Below are positions 53,388 to 63,473 of a stretch of DNA of 64,000 nucleotides, in pieces. The notes under the pieces are model-generated. The model searched no databases. It was not told where the DNA came from and was given only the letters and a program-made list of their open reading frames with translations. Origin of the DNA: Nitrospirota bacterium (GTDB lineage: Bacteria > Nitrospirota > UBA9217); the NCBI GenBank assembly GCA_963845065.1, contig CAWJQQ010000001.1, positions 192,001 to 256,000 of the forward strand, in the 5' to 3' direction. Within the stretch, counting starts at the first letter, position 1; each line of letters starts with the position of its first letter. Both the position numbers and the translations under genes were made by a program.

Positions 53388-53872
53388 CTCCTTTCACGGG
53401 GTAAATGTATAAAACTTTCCCTGACAAATACAATATTAGCTCTCATCTTCAAGATGTTCAATCAAACTAAAATATGAGATAATTTTGATAATACCAAATT
53501 GTCGACTAGGCAGCAGTATCTCTCATACTTAATAATTTATAAGAAAGACAAAATCGTCGCAGTTGATCCTGCTTCTAAACTCTTGCAGTTGCCATTGCTT
53601 AGGCTTCGGCTGGACATTGATAGTCATAATGGCCATATTGTTGTCTTTGGGAATGAAGGAACTCGCCCGGTTCAGCTTTAAAGACAAGTGGGAGAAGTTA
53701 ATGGGGAGCAGGAGACCTTCAATACACTGAAACAGGAGATATACTTTAATAAGATGGGTCATGAAACACAGAATAATGGCGATCGTTTTCAATCCAGCAA
53801 AAATACTTGAGGAATCGTGATGTATAAAGGGTAGGATCTGAAGGAAAAGTTACTGGCAAGGAGGTGATAAGT

Positions 53873-54106
53873 ATGGGTCCCTTTGGGAATTTCGCATGGA
53901 ATTTCGCCTTCGGATTTGGGTGGATACTGATAGGCATAGTGGCCATATTGCTGTTTTGGGGCGTCATGCAACTCAATCGGTTTAGCTTCAAAGACGAGTG
54001 GAAGAAATCAGAGGAACAGGAGACCCTCAATACACTGAAACAGGAGATATGCGCTGGCAAGATAAGTCTTGAAGAATTTGGAAAAAGAATAAAAAGCGGG
54101 ACATAG
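53873..54106 (+). CDS. Small membrane protein with SHOCT-like C-terminus
   Basis: GGAGG RBS; TM FGFGWILIGIVAILL; LKQEICAGKISLEEF; decayed duplicate at about 53600-53765. Confidence 0.65.
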   Translation: MGPFGNFAWNFAFGFGWILIGIVAILLFWGVMQLNRFSFKDEWKKSEEQETLNTLKQEICAGKISLEEFGKRIKSGT

Positions 54107-54224
54107 GATAGGCTGGTTGATTGCATTCTGTGCGATTGGCTTGTCGAGTAATTTTTTATCCTGCCGCCACTTCGATTGGACAGTATCTTAAACAGAAAGC
54201 AGGATGAAGGGAGGGTCAGCCGAC

Positions 54225-54440
54225 ATGGAGAAAAGGCTGTTTAAAGTAGAGGATCAGTTTTGCGACGAATGTGCCTTGGCCCTGCGAAGGTTCATTGGCC
54301 ATATGGAGGGGATAGAGTCTATTGACGTGGAACATAGAATGATTGCGGTCGCTTTCAACCCGGAGAAAATATCCAAGATGAGGCTCGACAGCATCACGAA
54401 AGACAGCCTGGAGAAACTCGGTCATAAGCTGATCGATTAG
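54225..54440 (+). CDS. HMA-domain (CopZ-like) metal-binding protein
   Basis: FKVEDQFCDEC..MEGIESIDV..VAFNPEKIS..LEKLGH. Confidence 0.75.
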   Translation: MEKRLFKVEDQFCDECALALRRFIGHMEGIESIDVEHRMIAVAFNPEKISKMRLDSITKDSLEKLGHKLID

Positions 54441-54612
54441 ATAGACCGTGTACTCTTCACATCATAGAGATGGAGTCGGAGCTAAGAGCGTGCCAGGGCA
54501 GTGCCATGAACAGAATTTACGGCTTGCGCAATTTCAGCGGTAGAGAAGAGTAAAAAGTGGTGATTGTTTTTGCAGTATTACTCATCAGCCGGAAGCAAGG
54601 GGAGGTGTTATA

Positions 54613-54987
54613 ATGATAAATATCAAACGCGTTTATGACCAGCCATCTCAGAGTGACGGGAAGCGTATCCTGATCGACCGGTTATGGCCGAGAGGGCTCA
54701 AGAAAGAGGATGCGCATATCGATGAATGGCTAAAGGAAATCGCCCCGAGCAAAGAGCTCAGGAAATGGTTCAACCATGATCCGAATAAGTGGGGCGAGTT
54801 CAGGAAAAGGTTTTTTACGGAACTGCTAAGGAAGGAGAATATGGTGACGGGTATCGTCGACTTGGCCCGGAAAGGTACAGTAACGCTGCTGTTCGGATCA
54901 AAAGAAGAACGTTTCAACAATGCCGTTGCGTTGAAGGAATATATTGATGCAAGAATGAAGGTATCAAAACAGAAGAAAGCCGCATAG
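54613..54987 (+). CDS. DUF488 family protein
   Basis: IKRVYD..DGKRILIDRLWPRGLKK..APSKELRKWF..NNAVALK. Confidence 0.92.
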   Translation: MINIKRVYDQPSQSDGKRILIDRLWPRGLKKEDAHIDEWLKEIAPSKELRKWFNHDPNKWGEFRKRFFTELLRKENMVTGIVDLARKGTVTLLFGSKEERFNNAVALKEYIDARMKVSKQKKAA

Positions 54988-55054
54988 TAACGGGAATGTT
55001 ACTGTAACCGTGCGGATATTAAAAGCATTTTCCATCGGGAAGGGGGGGCGATGT

Positions 55055-55924
55055 ATGACGACTTATAACACTGTTAAATTTGACAATATAGATGTCTTCT
55101 ATCGCGAGGCAGGGCCTTCCGATGCCCCGGCAATCGTTCTTTTGCATGGTTTCCCTTCTTCGTCACACATGTATAGAAATCTGATGAAAGAACTTAAGAA
55201 CGATTTTCATCTCATTGCGCCCGACTTTCCGGGTTTCGGAAATAGCTCGTGCCCACCCGTTGACGAGTTCACATACACCTTTGATCACCTATCGGAAGTA
55301 ATCGAAAAATTCTTGCAGACTCTGAGTCTGCACAAATTCTCCTTTTATGTACAGGATTACGGTGGGCCAATAGGCTTCAGGATTGCGGCGAAGCACCCGG
55401 AGTGGATCGAGTCGCTTATCATTCAGAACGCCAATGCCTACGAAGAGGGGTTGACACCGCTCCTTGCACAGAGGAAACCGCTCTGGGAAAATAGAACGAG
55501 AGGTAACGAAAGGGCTGTGCTTAAGACCTTTAGGTCGGACCGGACACAGTGGAAATATACCAACGGAGTACGTGACAAGAGCAGGATTAGCCCCGATACC
55601 TGGAATATGGACCAGTATTTTCTGGATAGGCCCGGCAACAAACTTATCCAACTCGAACTGCAGGCGGACTACGGCTCCAACGTGAAACTTTATCCTGAGT
55701 GGCAAAATTATTTCAGAAAGCACCAGCCGCCGACGCTCGTTGTATGGGGAAAGAATGATGAAATCTATAGCCCTGAGGGCGCCAAAGCATACAGGCGTGA
55801 CCTCAAGAACGTCGAAATGCATTTGCTCGATACCGGTCATTTCGCCCTTGAAGAGGACTTTTACGTCATCGCAGTCTGCATGAGGAGATTTCTCAAAGCA
55901 TATAGAAGGGATAAAGCGGCCTAA
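55055..55924 (+). CDS. Alpha/beta hydrolase (epoxide hydrolase/dehalogenase-like)
   Basis: LLHGFPSSS, DFPGFG, QDYGGP nucleophile Asp, TGHFALE. Confidence 0.92.
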   Translation: MTTYNTVKFDNIDVFYREAGPSDAPAIVLLHGFPSSSHMYRNLMKELKNDFHLIAPDFPGFGNSSCPPVDEFTYTFDHLSEVIEKFLQTLSLHKFSFYVQDYGGPIGFRIAAKHPEWIESLIIQNANAYEEGLTPLLAQRKPLWENRTRGNERAVLKTFRSDRTQWKYTNGVRDKSRISPDTWNMDQYFLDRPGNKLIQLELQADYGSNVKLYPEWQNYFRKHQPPTLVVWGKNDEIYSPEGAKAYRRDLKNVEMHLLDTGHFALEEDFYVIAVCMRRFLKAYRRDKAA

Positions 55925-55944
55925 AGTGAGGAGGACCGTCTTCC

Positions 55945-56336
55945 ATGCACGAACGATTGGAATACGACTGGGTAGCACCAGAGGCGTACAAAGCTATGTC
56001 AAGCCTGGACAGTTACCTGATTAGCAGTAGACTCGAAGCGTCGTTGATCGAACCTGTCAAAGTACGGGCTCGCAGATAAACGGATGTCCCTATTGCATCG
56101 ACATGCATACGAAGAACACCAGGGTCAGAGGCGAAAGTGAATAGTGTCCCTATGAACTCTATGCATGGCGTTAAGGAGACTTTTATACAGGCTGTTGTCT
56201 GGACCGAAGTAGTGACGCCTTCCGCCGGACCGCAGGAAGCTATCGTGAAACGAGTACGGACGTAACATGCGAGGCAAGTGATGCGGCGAATCTAAAGTGA
56301 CTTATCTCGAACGAATTGGTTCGGGCAGACAAGTAG
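55945..56336 (+). pseudogene. AhpD/carboxymuconolactone decarboxylase family pseudogene
   Basis: GGAGG RBS; APEAYKAM..VKVRA/QINGCPYCIDMHTK with frameshift and stops; end approximate. Confidence 0.75.
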
Positions 56337-56699
56337 GAGGACGTATGCAACAGCTTTTTATCTTCATAATCATTTGGGGAATAATTATTGGGTTAATTGT
56401 TGCAGCGTGGATGGGGTAAATGAAACAATCAAATTTTGCGCTAAGAAGTCAACTCTCGGGCTGATACCAGTAACATCAAACTCAACCTTGCTTCCCGCTG
56501 ACCTTGTTGCTATCATCCCCTTGTTCTCCAACCACTTCTTGACTGTCAACTCTAGCCTTGCTCCCTTATTGTGGTTTGCGTTTGGCATTATTGCTTCCCC
56601 TTAGATGGGCGTTCTTATGTTCGACTTCACTTCGTAGACGTGTGCCACAGCTTTCACAGACCCCCTCAAATGGACAACGTGTTTTCAACCAATACTTAT

Positions 56700-56930
56700 T
56701 CTTTTTCTCGTCACACTCTGAGTATATTGCTACTCCGTGGCTTGTTCCCCTCGCAGGCCTCTCGCCGCGGATCGACTTCGTAACGCCCCTGCCATGGATA
56801 TTCCGGTTCCACATGGCCAAAGTCATCTGTCTGTTCCCGTTTACGCGGCTCGTGCATATCTTTACCATCCCGATCTTCTATTTGTGGAGGCCATATCAGG
56901 TTGCGATCTGGAACAAGTCAAGGAAAAACG
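56700..56930 (+). pseudogene. C-terminal remnant of a NarI-like cytochrome b subunit
   Basis: PWIFRFHM..LFPFTRLVHIFTIPIFYLWRPYQV. Confidence 0.65.
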
Positions 56931-56970
56931 GAAAGGGGAGGAAAGTTGCGGAAATTCGCTTCGGTCCTAA

Positions 56971-57009
56971 AACCCGAAGGTCGTCGGTTCAAATCCGGCC
57001 CCCGCTACC
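56971..57009 (+). repeat. 3' half of initiator tRNA-Met (att-like remnant 1)
   Basis: AACCCGAAGGTCGTCGGTTCAAATCCGGCCCCCGCTACC; no 5' half. Confidence 0.85.
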
Positions 57010-57068
57010 GAACAATCAAAGAATAATAGCGTAGCGAGAACATCCGGTCAGAGCATTTTTGAATGGTC

Positions 57069-58322
57069 TCAGCCTTTTAGAAAATGTCCATAATGTAGCG
57101 TCTGATCCACAATATGGGATTTTATTTTGCCGATTTGCTTGTTCTCCCTGATCAGACATCGATACATCCCTGCACCTGTAATATTGCCTATAAACAACAC
57201 GCCGACGAGCCTTTCACCATCAGGGCTGAATACCACTTTTCGATAGGTTGACCTGATGGCACTGACATGCACTTCATAAGCAGTGTTTTTGGTATGCACA
57301 ATGCCCATCGAGACAAAGGGCTCGTTAGCAACCTGTGTAGCGTTCATGATCCCGAATGTGCCGGAATAGGCAGTCTTTGCGCCTGCCATGTTATAGCCGG
57401 CACATTTGCCCATCTCAACCGCGTTTGTCCAAAGTGCGGTCATTATCCTGTCTCCTGTCACAGGATCAAATGTCACAGCCACATCACCGGCAGCAAAGGT
57501 ATGCGGATTATTACAAGTCGCATATTTGTCCACAACGATGCCCTTGTCTATCGCTATCTTGCTTCCAGTCAGGAAATTGATATTTGGCCTTACCCCTTTT
57601 CCTATACATACCATCTGGCAAGGCATCTCGGACCCGTCGTCAAGGGAAACTCCTATAACGCCGCTTTTATTTGAAATAATACTCTTAGCACTGCGCCCGG
57701 TTATTATCGTCAGGCCTGCTTTATCAAGGGCATTACGGATTAATCCGGCATCTTCGGGTTCCATGAGCTGAGAAAGAACCTCAGGAGAATAAACCACTAG
57801 AGTGACCTTTACCCCTAGTTCTAGAAGAGCAAATGCAGCCTTGAGATTGAGTAATCCTCCTCCCAGCATTACAGCATGTCCGGTGCTTTCGGCCCTTTGA
57901 GCCATGGCTCGGGCATCGCTTAATTTCCGAAGAGCAAAAACACCGTATGCATCTGTTCCTTCCAGCTCCGGGGGAATATAGGGACTGCTGCCGGTCGCAA
58001 AAAGAAGCTTTTCATAGGATAACTGGTCCTTCCCGCTTATACTTACGGATTTTCGCGAGGTATCCACTGAATCAACTCTTGCTCCAGTGCGAATCTCGAT
58101 GCCTGCACCTGTATATGGTCCGTTGCCAGATAGTCCTATGCTCTCTGCCTTTTTTTTGCCCGTCACTACATAGGGTATCAAAGGCCGGAAATATGGCATA
58201 TCCGGCTCTTCCGACAACACGGTGATAGTGCCTTTTGGATCCTTCTCCCGTATAGCCTGAGCTGCCGCCATCCCAGCAGCGCTGCCGCCTATGATCAGAT
58301 AATCCGGATAGTCCCTTTTCAT
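57069..58322 (-). CDS. FAD/NAD(P)-dependent oxidoreductase (FNOR) of the CODH cluster
   Basis: IIGGSAAG, LLFATGS and FAAGDVA; GAGGAG RBS. Confidence 0.9.
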   Translation of the reverse strand: MKRDYPDYLIIGGSAAGMAAAQAIREKDPKGTITVLSEEPDMPYFRPLIPYVVTGKKKAESIGLSGNGPYTGAGIEIRTGARVDSVDTSRKSVSISGKDQLSYEKLLFATGSSPYIPPELEGTDAYGVFALRKLSDARAMAQRAESTGHAVMLGGGLLNLKAAFALLELGVKVTLVVYSPEVLSQLMEPEDAGLIRNALDKAGLTIITGRSAKSIISNKSGVIGVSLDDGSEMPCQMVCIGKGVRPNINFLTGSKIAIDKGIVVDKYATCNNPHTFAAGDVAVTFDPVTGDRIMTALWTNAVEMGKCAGYNMAGAKTAYSGTFGIMNATQVANEPFVSMGIVHTKNTAYEVHVSAIRSTYRKVVFSPDGERLVGVLFIGNITGAGMYRCLIRENKQIGKIKSHIVDQTLHYGHFLKG

Positions 58323-58323
58323 T

Positions 58324-58830
58324 TTACTCCTCTTCGCTGGTAAGCATCTTGGAAGCAGCTTCCTTTCTGACATCTTTGGAGAATGACTTTACAGTTCTGT
58401 AAACCAGTGCCTTAGTTGGACATGAACTGACGCAGGCCGGGGTTTCCCTGTCCGGGCACCTGTCGCACCTATATGACTTGTGAGTCTCCAGGTGACGGCC
58501 GATAACCCCGTATGGGCAGACCATGACGCAGGTCCAGCATCCTATGCATTTATCACTGTCTGTGATAACGACTGATTCTTTGTTTCGGCTTATTGCTCCG
58601 CTTATGCAGGCATGCATGCAGGGCGCGTCCTCACAGTGACGGCATAAGATCGGCACGTTTACATCGGGTGACACCCATTCCACATAGAGTCTGCGTTTGG
58701 GCGTGGGCTTCTCCTGCAAGGCACCATAAAGGTTCCCGCTCCTGGAATGCGCAATCGCACAGGAGATCTCGCAGGTTTTGCATGCGGTGCATCTGCTTGT
58801 ATTTACAAATATCTCTTTTGGCTCATGCAT
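58324..58830 (-). CDS. cooF: CooF-like multi-[4Fe-4S] protein
   Basis: CTACKTCEISC, CRHCEDAPC, CIGCWTCVMVCPYG and CDRC..PACVSSCP. Confidence 0.88.
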   Translation of the reverse strand: MHEPKEIFVNTSRCTACKTCEISCAIAHSRSGNLYGALQEKPTPKRRLYVEWVSPDVNVPILCRHCEDAPCMHACISGAISRNKESVVITDSDKCIGCWTCVMVCPYGVIGRHLETHKSYRCDRCPDRETPACVSSCPTKALVYRTVKSFSKDVRKEAASKMLTSEEE

Positions 58831-58894
58831 GGCATACTCCTTATGATTATGTTGTCTACACATCGGTACTCATCCTGCGCTGCCGCAGCCCGTA

Positions 58895-60808
58895 TTAGAG
58901 CCCAAGGCCTTTCCGGCGCTCATCAATTGCAGCCAAAAGTTTATCAGCCGCAGATGAGGGGTCCAAGTCAACAATGAAATGCCCGCCGGTAAGCCCCTTC
59001 ACTTTGTCAGTAAGGATTTCAGTGACCGCCGGGCTGCCGAGAACGGGCAGCATGACCCCGACATGTGTGGGCAGTCCAGCGGCTACTGCATATACGCCAA
59101 TGGATACAGCTTTTTCGGATACTGCCTCAGCTGCGGACGCAACAACGGGTAGTTTGTCGGTATCTACACCCAGGTAATTAGCAAGTGCGACGACGATTGC
59201 CACGGCGCGCGAGTTGTCGACGCAGGATCCCAGATGCAGTACCGGGGGAAGCGGCCCGCCTAGTCCGTTCGCTTCGCCTATGGCTGTAAGAACAGCCTTC
59301 AGTCCGTCTCCACATAAGCTGCCTACATTGGCCGGATCCATGAAGCCGTGTCTCATCAGCGCACCGGCACCACATCCCGTAGCGACGACAAGAACGTTTT
59401 CCTTGAGCAATTTCTCGGCCATTATCTTGAAGTTCCTATCCTGGGGCACTTTGACGTTATTGCATCCGGCAAACAGGCATACCCCCCTGATGTTGCCATT
59501 TTTGATATTATCGACGAGTGGCTTCAGCGGGTCTTTGGCATTGACTTTTGCAAGCGCTGCCACGATGGATTCTGTCGAGAAGCCTGCCACGACGGTACTT
59601 TCGACATCCGGGATGTCTACCGGTTTGCCTTTCCTCTTTTTGAAGACGGCAATGGCTGCCCTGACAGCCTCTTTGGCCTTTTCGGCAGCAGCCTCTTCTG
59701 TAAATTCGATGTGCTCGGCACCGGTAATCTTGCAGATGTCCATGGTCGTTATTACTTTTGAGCCCATACATTCGGCAACGGTTACGAGAGAAGGCATGAT
59801 GCATTGATAGTCAACGACGATCGCATCGAGGGCACCTGTCAGAAGGGCCATCTCCTGGCTTACCGAATGCGTACAGGAAGGAATGGCATGCCGTTCCAAG
59901 AGTTCATTTCCAGTACAGCATATACCCACAACATTTATGCCCTTGGCACCGGCAGCTACAGCTTCCTGCTTCATACTTTCGGCAACAGCTACGATCATTT
60001 CAGAAAGGACAGGGTTATGCCCATGGGCGGCGATATTGACCATGTCCGCTTTCAGCGTTCCCATATTAGCTTTTGATACTACGGGTGTGGGTGTTCCAAA
60101 CAGAATATCCGCAAGGTCGGTGCCCATATAACATCCGGCCAGGTCTGCAACGCCGCACCTGATACCGGCGAGAAGCAGATTCACCGCGTCGGCATCTACT
60201 CCGTACAGCGTACGATGCATGATCTCCGAGACCTCATGGTCTATGCCTTTCGGAACGGCTCCTATCGCAGAGAGGGCCTTTATGCGACCCTCGGTCACCA
60301 CTGTCGCTGCCCATTGTACAGGGGTCTCCTTCTCGGCAAAGTCAGCCAGGGCAGCAGATGCCACATCTCGCGCGATCTCCATATTGTCTCTTCCTTCAAC
60401 AGGAAGGCCAAGACGAACTGCGACTGACTTGAGCTTTCCGGGGTCTTTTATGTTGTAATCAGGTGCTTGGCCCTTGGCCATCTTCATCATGGTGTGTGCA
60501 AGGTGTTTGGCGTGCCCGGAGTGGGCGGCTGTGCCCGCGGCAATAGCCCTGTCCAGCCACCTGGCAACCATAACATCGGCAGTACAGCCACATATGCCCG
60601 TTCTTGGCTCGTCCCCGAAAGGATTTATCCTGCAAGGCCCCTGGAGGCAATTGCGGCAGCAAAGCCCCGTATCTCCATAGCCGCATTGAGGGTTCATGGC
60701 CTCGTACCTGTCCCATACCGTTGTTATCCCCTTCTCCTTCGCCTTCGCGATCATCTGCCGGACAGCAGGATCAAGGCTCTTGTTCTCAAGCGACTTGTCG
60801 GTTGACAT
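58895..60808 (-). CDS. cooS: Anaerobic Ni-Fe carbon monoxide dehydrogenase catalytic subunit
   Basis: CGYGDTGLCCRNCLQGPC, HGHNP, GICCTG, DYQC, AGCNN, TGC, GSCVDN and SEKA. Confidence 0.97.
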   Translation of the reverse strand: MSTDKSLENKSLDPAVRQMIAKAKEKGITTVWDRYEAMNPQCGYGDTGLCCRNCLQGPCRINPFGDEPRTGICGCTADVMVARWLDRAIAAGTAAHSGHAKHLAHTMMKMAKGQAPDYNIKDPGKLKSVAVRLGLPVEGRDNMEIARDVASAALADFAEKETPVQWAATVVTEGRIKALSAIGAVPKGIDHEVSEIMHRTLYGVDADAVNLLLAGIRCGVADLAGCYMGTDLADILFGTPTPVVSKANMGTLKADMVNIAAHGHNPVLSEMIVAVAESMKQEAVAAGAKGINVVGICCTGNELLERHAIPSCTHSVSQEMALLTGALDAIVVDYQCIMPSLVTVAECMGSKVITTMDICKITGAEHIEFTEEAAAEKAKEAVRAAIAVFKKRKGKPVDIPDVESTVVAGFSTESIVAALAKVNAKDPLKPLVDNIKNGNIRGVCLFAGCNNVKVPQDRNFKIMAEKLLKENVLVVATGCGAGALMRHGFMDPANVGSLCGDGLKAVLTAIGEANGLGGPLPPVLHLGSCVDNSRAVAIVVALANYLGVDTDKLPVVASAAEAVSEKAVSIGVYAVAAGLPTHVGVMLPVLGSPAVTEILTDKVKGLTGGHFIVDLDPSSAADKLLAAIDERRKGLGL

Positions 60809-61085
60809 GACGGCCCCCTTTTTGTTTGTCAGACATATTTGGCATTAACAATGCTTTTAGTTTCGGGATATTGGTATAAAAAGAAGTGTGATAGAAGAGA
60901 GTAGAATCTAGTAGTTTATATCTGAAACGAGCCATAGTGTGATCATATCAAGCAAAAAGGCGGATGTCAAACATGAAAGACCTGACTCGAAGATGTTTTC
61001 CGGGCCAATCGCACGAAGGTCAGGATCTGAAAGAAGAACTTGCCCTATATTCTCGATAGAACGAAGCCGAAATATAAAAACTGCA

Positions 61086-61132
61086 GGTTCATAACCCGAA
61101 GATCGTCGGTTCAAATACGGCCCCCGCTACCA
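61086..61132 (+). repeat. 3' half of initiator tRNA-Met (att-like remnant 2, with CAT anticodon loop and CCA)
   Basis: GGTTCATAACCCGAAGATCGTCGGTTCAAATACGGCCCCCGCTACCA. Confidence 0.85.
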
Positions 61133-61141
61133 AATAATTCA

Positions 61142-61175
61142 TGGGGTTACAGCTTATACTGTAGCCCCACTTTTT
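61142..61175 (+). terminator. Terminator-like hairpin after the tRNA remnant
   Basis: TGGGGTTACAG-CTTATA-CTGTAGCCCCA-CTTTTT. Confidence 0.7.
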
Positions 61176-61298
61176 GTTAACAGGACAGTATTAGGACAGT
61201 TACAGGATAGTTGACTGAAACTTTATGTATAGGATCTGCACATGGAGTAGTCTTCGCAAGACGAAGTTAGGATGAACAGACGAGAAAGGGAGGTAGCA

Positions 61299-61448
61299 AT
61301 GTATAGGCATGGGGTAGTTTCAGGCATAACATTCGGTTCAGCTCTGGCAATAACGATATCATGGAGTCTAAACAAATCGCTTCTCTGGGCGATCATACAT
61401 GGAATCTTTTCCTGGCTGTACATGATTTATTATTTAATTGTGCGCTAA
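61299..61448 (+). CDS. 49-aa small membrane protein (not in the ORF track)
   Basis: GGGAGG RBS; MYRHGVVSGITFGSALAITISWSLNKSLLWAIIHGIFSWLYMIYYLIVR. Confidence 0.7.
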   Translation: MYRHGVVSGITFGSALAITISWSLNKSLLWAIIHGIFSWLYMIYYLIVR

Positions 61449-61599
61449 TGATAAACAGGAAGACAAACGGTAGATGAGCCATAGCGAGCATGATATGGCT
61501 GTCCATTGTAGAGGGGATGGAGTCACAGTTACAAGTTGAATGTCGTAGCAGTTGAAACTATGTTTGCTGTGTGGACAAGTAAGATTGGTCATTTAAGCG

Positions 61600-61899
61600 T
61601 TACTTCAATTTTCCCCAGGCATCGTTAATGGAATTTCGGAGCGAAGCAGCCGCGTTCTTGATTGGCTCCTCACTCTTCTTGAAACTATCGTAGATTCGGT
61701 TCACCTCTGCTCTGAGATTGCTTTTCTGCTTCTCCCTGTCATCCGTTTTTATCTGCTTCTCCGTGACCTTCTTTTCCTTTTTCTCTTTTTTCTTCTCTTT
61801 CTGCTGCGCCATTGAGTTTCGCACAAGGACTGCCTGCGGAGCACCGAACAGTGCCGCCGCGATAACACAACTTAACGCTATGACCGCCGCTTTTCGCAT
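61600..61899 (-). CDS. Exported Lys-rich hypothetical protein
   Basis: GAGGAAG RBS; signal peptide MRKAAVIALSC.. Confidence 0.55.
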   Translation of the reverse strand: MRKAAVIALSCVIAAALFGAPQAVLVRNSMAQQKEKKKEKKEKKVTEKQIKTDDREKQKSNLRAEVNRIYDSFKKSEEPIKNAAASLRNSINDAWGKLK

Positions 61900-62107
61900 C
61901 AGCTCTTCCTCCTCAAAAAGCTTCAACAATACTATTTGAAATATGTAGCCGAGCACATCACAGGCGTAATAAACAGGAAGAAAACCGCTATGCATGCTTG
62001 AAACACGATTTTACACATTTTCAAAAATAAAGTCTATCTCAAGAACACCTACAAGGTTGTAATAGCATTGACTAAAAATCAACGCTGAATTCTATATGAA
62101 AATTGTA

Positions 62108-62165
62108 CAGGAACGCGTGGGTGAGCCGCGTGCTTTTCGCAGCGGACTCGACGCGCAAGTTAATA
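62108..62165 (-). mobile_element. Integron attC-like site (58 bp)
   Basis: Minus strand TATTAAC-TTGCGC-GTCGAG...CTCAC-CCACGC-GTTCCTG with unpaired C. Confidence 0.55.
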
Positions 62166-62356
62166 CTGTCTACTGGGACAGTCACTTAATTTTATATTTC
62201 ACTACCGAGGCGGCAATAAGTGTTAAAACGACACCAGATCCTATTAAGATATACCCGAACCAATACAAATAATGCATCATCGGTTTCATGCTTTTTGTGC
62301 CGAAAGACATTAATATGCCTGACCTGATTACGGATACTAAATTATTGTTAGACTCA

Positions 62357-63025
62357 CTAATGTCTGAACCATTTATTCAATTCCTTCACCACCTGCCCGA
62401 AGGTTTCCTCAAGCAAATAAATATCGTTGTGCAGCGCCTGATGAATCTCTAAAACATGAATACCTTTTGTCTTCAGTTCCTTGCATGAATGTATTATTTC
62501 CGGAAGATCACGGGAACCAAACAGTATCAGTGTCCGCGTATTATGGATGGGTTGCGGGATGGTAAGTTTCTCGAGAACTTCAAAGATCACTCCGGAATGG
62601 GACTCATGTACTCGATAGCTCCTCATAGTGTTAATTTTTCGTTGTGTTTCCGTGCTATACGTGGCACTAAGGGCGGGTGATATTCCGATGGCGAAATCCG
62701 CTGAGCTTATCAGGCAGAGACGACCGCTAGAAGAATGACCAATGGCAACAACCTTGCCAAAAATGCGACAGTACTCGACGGCGTGCTCGACGTCTTGCAA
62801 GACATTCTCGTCTAATTGTAACTTATGTTCACCATGCCCCCGAAGGTCAATAACGCAAGCTGTCACGCCGATCTCGGCAACGCGCCACGCCAAACCAAGT
62901 TGCTCCTCTTTACAGCCTCCATAACTATGGACTACGACTGCTGCTCCATGGGAAACTGGCGGCGTCAATATGAGATAAGGGATGCCGAATCCATCAGCCT
63001 TAATAACCTCTCGTTTGATGTTCAT
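62357..63025 (-). CDS. Alpha/beta hydrolase, probable gene cassette
   Basis: VVHSYGG, DLRGHG, GHSSSG and ALHND; preceded by attC and followed by GTCTAAC. Confidence 0.8.
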   Translation of the reverse strand: MNIKREVIKADGFGIPYLILTPPVSHGAAVVVHSYGGCKEEQLGLAWRVAEIGVTACVIDLRGHGEHKLQLDENVLQDVEHAVEYCRIFGKVVAIGHSSSGRLCLISSADFAIGISPALSATYSTETQRKINTMRSYRVHESHSGVIFEVLEKLTIPQPIHNTRTLILFGSRDLPEIIHSCKELKTKGIHVLEIHQALHNDIYLLEETFGQVVKELNKWFRH

Positions 63026-63084
63026 GGTCATTCCTCCATTCCTATACCGGCTAGTTGTTACAGGGACGGAAGCCGCCCGATAAG

Positions 63085-63181
63085 GCATAACGCTAAGTTA
63101 ACCTACGAGGCGTATAAGGAGCGAGTCTTGCGAATGCAAAAGTCGTGACATAGCCGAGTCAGGTTGAACTTGATGTTAGGT
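63085..63181 (-). mobile_element. Integron attC site (97 bp)
   Basis: Minus strand ACCTAAC-ATCAA-GTTCAACCT...AGGTTAAC-TTAGC-GTTATGC; classic R''/L''/L'/R' layout. Confidence 0.8.
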
Positions 63182-63284
63182 GTCTGGGATTCTCCTAATA
63201 AGCGCAACGGTGTTTCTATCTAGTCTCTAATCTCGAAGTTCAAAAGAAGCTACTTCATCGCCTTTTTCATCCAATTGATAGATT

Positions 63285-63330
63285 TGATAGCGGGGGCCGG
63301 ATTTGGACCGAAGACATTCGGGTTATGAGC
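63285..63330 (-). repeat. 3' half of initiator tRNA-Met (att-like remnant 3, inverted and more diverged)
   Basis: Minus strand GCTCATAACCCGAATGTCTTCGGTCCAAATCCGGCCCCCGCTATCA. Confidence 0.75.
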
Positions 63331-63473
63331 ATAGTGTGCCATTGAAATACCATCCATTTAATCGATATACTATAAAGCATATTCAAAGCCTCATCGTAAA
63401 TTAGCATTATTTAAGTCCATTCCAAACTTTGATGAGCAATTGAGAAACAAGTCGACATAGTTTTCTGATTCAA

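Noticed and set aside
60810..61000. CooA/CRP-type box upstream of cooS
   Set aside because: TGTCA and TGTGA half-sites are present but lack a correctly spaced partner half-site.
56971..63330. Functional tRNA-Met genes
   Set aside because: All three copies lack the 5' acceptor strand and D-arm.
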